This document shows positions 37,486-40,545 of a DNA stretch of 40,545 nucleotides, one piece after another. This DNA comes from Nitrospinota bacterium (GTDB lineage: Bacteria > UBA8248). The stretch covers positions 1 through 40,545 of the forward strand of contig JAYGFR010000323.1 of NCBI GenBank assembly GCA_046581755.1, given 5' to 3'. Each line of letters begins with the position of its first letter. Positions within the stretch are counted from its first letter, which is position 1. A model generated the notes under the pieces. That model was not told the DNA's origin, did not search any database, and saw only the letters and a list, made by a program, of their open reading frames with translations. Made by a program: the position numbers and the translations under genes.

Positions 37486-38243
37486 GTCCGGTCGAACTGA
37501 TTCCTCTTCCAGGCATGCCCGAGGTCCGGCCCGGAGACGATTTGCCGGGGCTGATCGCGTCGGCCGCGGCAATGGCGGACATCATCTTGGCGGATGGGGA
37601 CGTGATCGCCATCGCGCAAAAGATCGTGAGCAAGGCCGAGGGCCGGTATGTCCGCCTCTCGGATGTAGAGCCTTCGGCCGAAGCGGTGGAAATCGCCAAC
37701 CGGGACGGAAGGGATGCCCGGCTTGTCGAGGCCGTCCTGCGCGAATCCAACGAAATCGTCGCCGCCTCGGAGCGGGCCTTGATCGTCGAGCACCGCTCCG
37801 GAGCCGTTTGCGCGCACGGGGGCGTCGATCGCTCCAACCTCGAGGGGGATGAAGACACCGTCTTGCTCCTTCCCGAGGATTCGGACGCTTCGGCGAAAAA
37901 AATCCGCGGGGATTTGAGGCAAAAAACCGGCGCTTTTCCGGCGGTGATCATCGTCGACACGCAGGGCCGAGCCTTCCGCAGCGGCGTCGTCGGCGTGTGC
38001 ATCGGGTGCGCGGGCCTTGAGCCGCTCGTCGATTTGCGGGGCACCCGCGACCGGGCGGGGCGCTTGCTTGAAATTACGCAGGTGGCGCAAGCCGACGAAA
38101 TCGCGGCGGCGGCGAGCATCGTCATGGGACAAGGGGCGGAGGGAAGGCCCGTCGCCGTGATCCGGGGCTATGAATACCATCCCGGAAATAATCCGGCTTC
38201 TCGGTTGTACCGAAAAAAAGAGGACGATCTTTTTCGGCCATAA
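37482..38243 (+). CDS. cofE: Coenzyme F420-0:L-glutamate ligase CofE
   Basis: PEVRPGDDL, QKIVSKAEGR, GVDRSN, LLPED.DASA, DTQGR.FR.G and DEIAAAA..VMG motifs. Confidence 0.95.
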   Translation: MSPVELIPLPGMPEVRPGDDLPGLIASAAAMADIILADGDVIAIAQKIVSKAEGRYVRLSDVEPSAEAVEIANRDGRDARLVEAVLRESNEIVAASERALIVEHRSGAVCAHGGVDRSNLEGDEDTVLLLPEDSDASAKKIRGDLRQKTGAFPAVIIVDTQGRAFRSGVVGVCIGCAGLEPLVDLRGTRDRAGRLLEITQVAQADEIAAAASIVMGQGAEGRPVAVIRGYEYHPGNNPASRLYRKKEDDLFRP

Positions 38244-38465
38244 ACCCCGAACGGGGTCAATCAAGCCCTCCCCGGCCCGGCCTGGCCCGGCCTACCCATT
38301 TTATTCACGGACGCTTCTTTCCAATCCATTCACAAAATGGAAAATTTTTCGCAGGGCGATAAAATGCCCGGCCAGGAAGGATTTTCAACCATTTCATGAG
38401 CACCCTCACAAAGGGGAAAAATAAAACCATCAAACCGGACGATATGAAACCGGGCTGATGTTATA

Positions 38466-38615
38466 GAGACCGCTGAAAAACTATTCCAGGAGGCATTCGG
38501 CAAGAGATATTCCCCCCAAAATCATATCATAATAGAAGCTTTTCTATATAATTTGCTACTATTGGATATTTTATCGGTCCGGAGAAGCTCACTTTGGGAC
38601 TTTTTCACCAGTCTC
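38466..38615. mobile_element. 150-bp MITE-like element, copy B (inverted relative to copy A)
   Basis: Terminal inverted repeat GAGACCGCTGAAAAA / TTTTTCACCAGTCTC (13/15 match). The reverse complement aligns without gaps to 14085-14234 (109/150 identities by hand count). Confidence 0.75.
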
Positions 38616-38711
38616 TTCAATTGAAAACCTCTACTCGAGTGGTTTTCGTCAAAATTAACATTCCCCATGCACAGGTTCGAAAAACTTCCATGCTGATTCT
38701 GCAGGCACGGT

Positions 38712-39206
38712 TCAACGGTTCTTGAGAACGTGGGGAATCAAACCCCCCGCAGTGATTATCTCCCGCATGAAATCGGGAATGGGCGCGGCCTGAAAAGTCA
38801 GGTTCGAGATGAGGTTTTTAATTTCACCGCTTTCGAGATTCACCCTGAGCTGATCTCCCATGCTCACGGAATTCTTTGGCAAATCGCACTCCAAAAGCGG
38901 AAGACCGCGGTTGAAGGCGTTTCGGTAGAAAATCTGACCGAAGGAGCGGGCCACGATACAACTGACCCCCAAACCTTTCATCGCAATGGGGGCGTGCTCG
39001 CGGGAGCTGCCGCAGCCAAAGTTCTTGCCCGCGACCACAATGTCCCCATCCTGAATTTGCCTGGCGAGTTCAGGATCCACGCCCTCGAAGCAGTGAGGGG
39101 CCAAGTGTTCGGGTTCGAAAGTGACGAGGTACTTCGCCGGGATGATCACATCTGTGTCAATGTGATCTCCCAAAACCCAGGCGTTTCCTTCCAATACAGT
39201 AGTCAT
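38712..39206 (-). CDS. leuD: LeuD/HacB-type aconitase-family small subunit
   Basis: [34 protein letters not shown] and GGLI motifs. Confidence 0.88.
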   Translation of the reverse strand: MTTVLEGNAWVLGDHIDTDVIIPAKYLVTFEPEHLAPHCFEGVDPELARQIQDGDIVVAGKNFGCGSSREHAPIAMKGLGVSCIVARSFGQIFYRNAFNRGLPLLECDLPKNSVSMGDQLRVNLESGEIKNLISNLTFQAAPIPDFMREIITAGGLIPHVLKNR

Positions 39207-39216
39207 AAAATCTGCC

Positions 39217-40476
39217 TCAGATTTCGTCCGGTGAGCCAATCCGGCCTAGAACCGCCGTGGCCGCGGCAATCGAGGGATTAACGAGGTAAATTTCAGCTTG
39301 GGTCGAGCCTTGGCGACCCACAAAGTTCCGGTTGGAGGTCGAGACCGAACGCATACCGTCTCCCAACACTCCCATGTGGGCACCGATGCAAGGCCCGCAG
39401 GTGGGTGTGCTAAAGATGCCGCCTGCGTCGAGAATGGTTTCCGCAATGCCTTCCGTTAGGCATTGCCTGTAAACCTCGGTGGTGCTGGGAATTACGATGA
39501 GCCGAACCCCCTTTGCCACTTTGCGGCCTTCGAGGATCTGGGCGGCGGCCCGCATGTCCGTGATCCACCCGTTCGTGCACGAACCGATGTAAACTTGATC
39601 CACGCCGAATTCATCCACCTCGGAGAGGGGCCTCGTGTTTTGGGGCAGGTGAGGGTAGGCCACCATAGGTTCCAGGGAGCTCACATCGAACTCGTGGATT
39701 TTGGAATAATCTGCGTCTTGATCCCCATAGACCGGTTCAAACGGTCGCTGGGCGCGGGGATGGACGTACTCCAGCGTTTTTTCGTCCGGCTCGATAATGC
39801 CATTTATGGCGCCCGCCTCTACTGCCATGTTGGGTAGCGAAAGGCGTTCTTCCACGGAGAGTTCCGTGATCGCCTCTCCGGCGAATTCCATGGCCACCCC
39901 TTGTGCCCCGTCCACTCCGAAGCGACCGATGGTGGCGAGGATAAGGTCTTTGCCAGTCACCCAGCGGGCGAGCTTGCCTTGGTATTCGTATCGAACTGTT
40001 TCGGGCACACGAAGCCAGGTGCGGCCTGTGATCAGGATTGCGGCGATGTCGGTGCTCCCCATTCCGGTGGCAAATGCACCCACGCCGCCTCCAGTACAGG
40101 CGTGTGAATTCCCACCGGCGAGTATTTCCCCTGGGAGTATGAGGCCCTGCTCAACTACGAGGGCGTTGTGGATGCCCGCGTTTCCGCCCTCAAAGAAGCG
40201 CTCGATACCCAATCGGTCGCAGACTGCGCGCATCTTGTTCACTGTGTTGGCCACGCCGATGTCTTTGCTAGGGGTGTAAACCATGGCGGAGGCAAAAAAG
40301 CGGTCCGGGTCGAAAACTTTGGAAATCCCGTTGCGCTCGAGAATATCAAACGTCACAGGACCGCCCAGATCGTCCGTGAAGCTCTGGTCTACCCGGACGT
40401 CGATGATTTCCCCAGGCCGCACCTCATGGCGGTCGGCATGATCTGCCAGGATCTTCTCGGTGATTGTCATGCCCAA
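39217..40476 (-). CDS. LeuC/HacA-type aconitase-family large subunit with a divergent active site
   Basis: TTG start with AAGG RBS, MTITEKIL, NMAVEAGA, IGSCTNG, TCGPCIG and SNRNF.GR motifs. Confidence 0.9.
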   Translation of the reverse strand: MGMTITEKILADHADRHEVRPGEIIDVRVDQSFTDDLGGPVTFDILERNGISKVFDPDRFFASAMVYTPSKDIGVANTVNKMRAVCDRLGIERFFEGGNAGIHNALVVEQGLILPGEILAGGNSHACTGGGVGAFATGMGSTDIAAILITGRTWLRVPETVRYEYQGKLARWVTGKDLILATIGRFGVDGAQGVAMEFAGEAITELSVEERLSLPNMAVEAGAINGIIEPDEKTLEYVHPRAQRPFEPVYGDQDADYSKIHEFDVSSLEPMVAYPHLPQNTRPLSEVDEFGVDQVYIGSCTNGWITDMRAAAQILEGRKVAKGVRLIVIPSTTEVYRQCLTEGIAETILDAGGIFSTPTCGPCIGAHMGVLGDGMRSVSTSNRNFVGRQGSTQAEIYLVNPSIAAATAVLGRIGSPDEI

Positions 40477-40545
40477 TGGGATACCTTTCTATCAATTAGT
40501 GAATTGACCGCCTCGATTCTGCATCGTTTGTCGGCACGTTAAACC

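Noticed and set aside
38170..38424. 84-aa ORF after cofE
   Set aside because: It overlaps cofE out of frame and has no motif or coding-like codon bias.

Overview
GC-rich bacterial chromosomal window with about 38 protein genes and no recognisable rRNA, tRNA or CRISPR array. The left end holds an LRV/HEAT-repeat gene, a Cya2-like membrane nucleotide cyclase, a three-subunit cobalt nitrile hydratase/thiocyanate hydrolase (scnBAC-like) cluster coupled to an MmgE/PrpD enzyme, and hicAB. The middle holds an ECF sigma/anti-sigma pair flanked by two cytochromes c', LLM oxidoreductases, CoA-transferases and a 3-methylcrotonyl-CoA-carboxylase-like operon. The right end holds a complete F420 biosynthesis operon (cofG-cofH-frhB-like-nitroreductase-cofD-cofC-cofE) and a divergent leuCD-like pair. 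The main hidden signals are: (1) an AhpD/CMD selenoprotein split in the ORF track by an in-frame CxxU UGA followed by a SECIS-like hairpin; (2) an FrhB-family ferredoxin-F420 oxidoreductase coupled to an FbiE-like nitroreductase inside the cof operon; (3) two diverged 150-bp MITE-like elements in opposite orientation; (4) several -1 frameshifts at 4-base homopolymers, probably sequencing artefacts. All family assignments come from motif recognition by eye, not from database searches.
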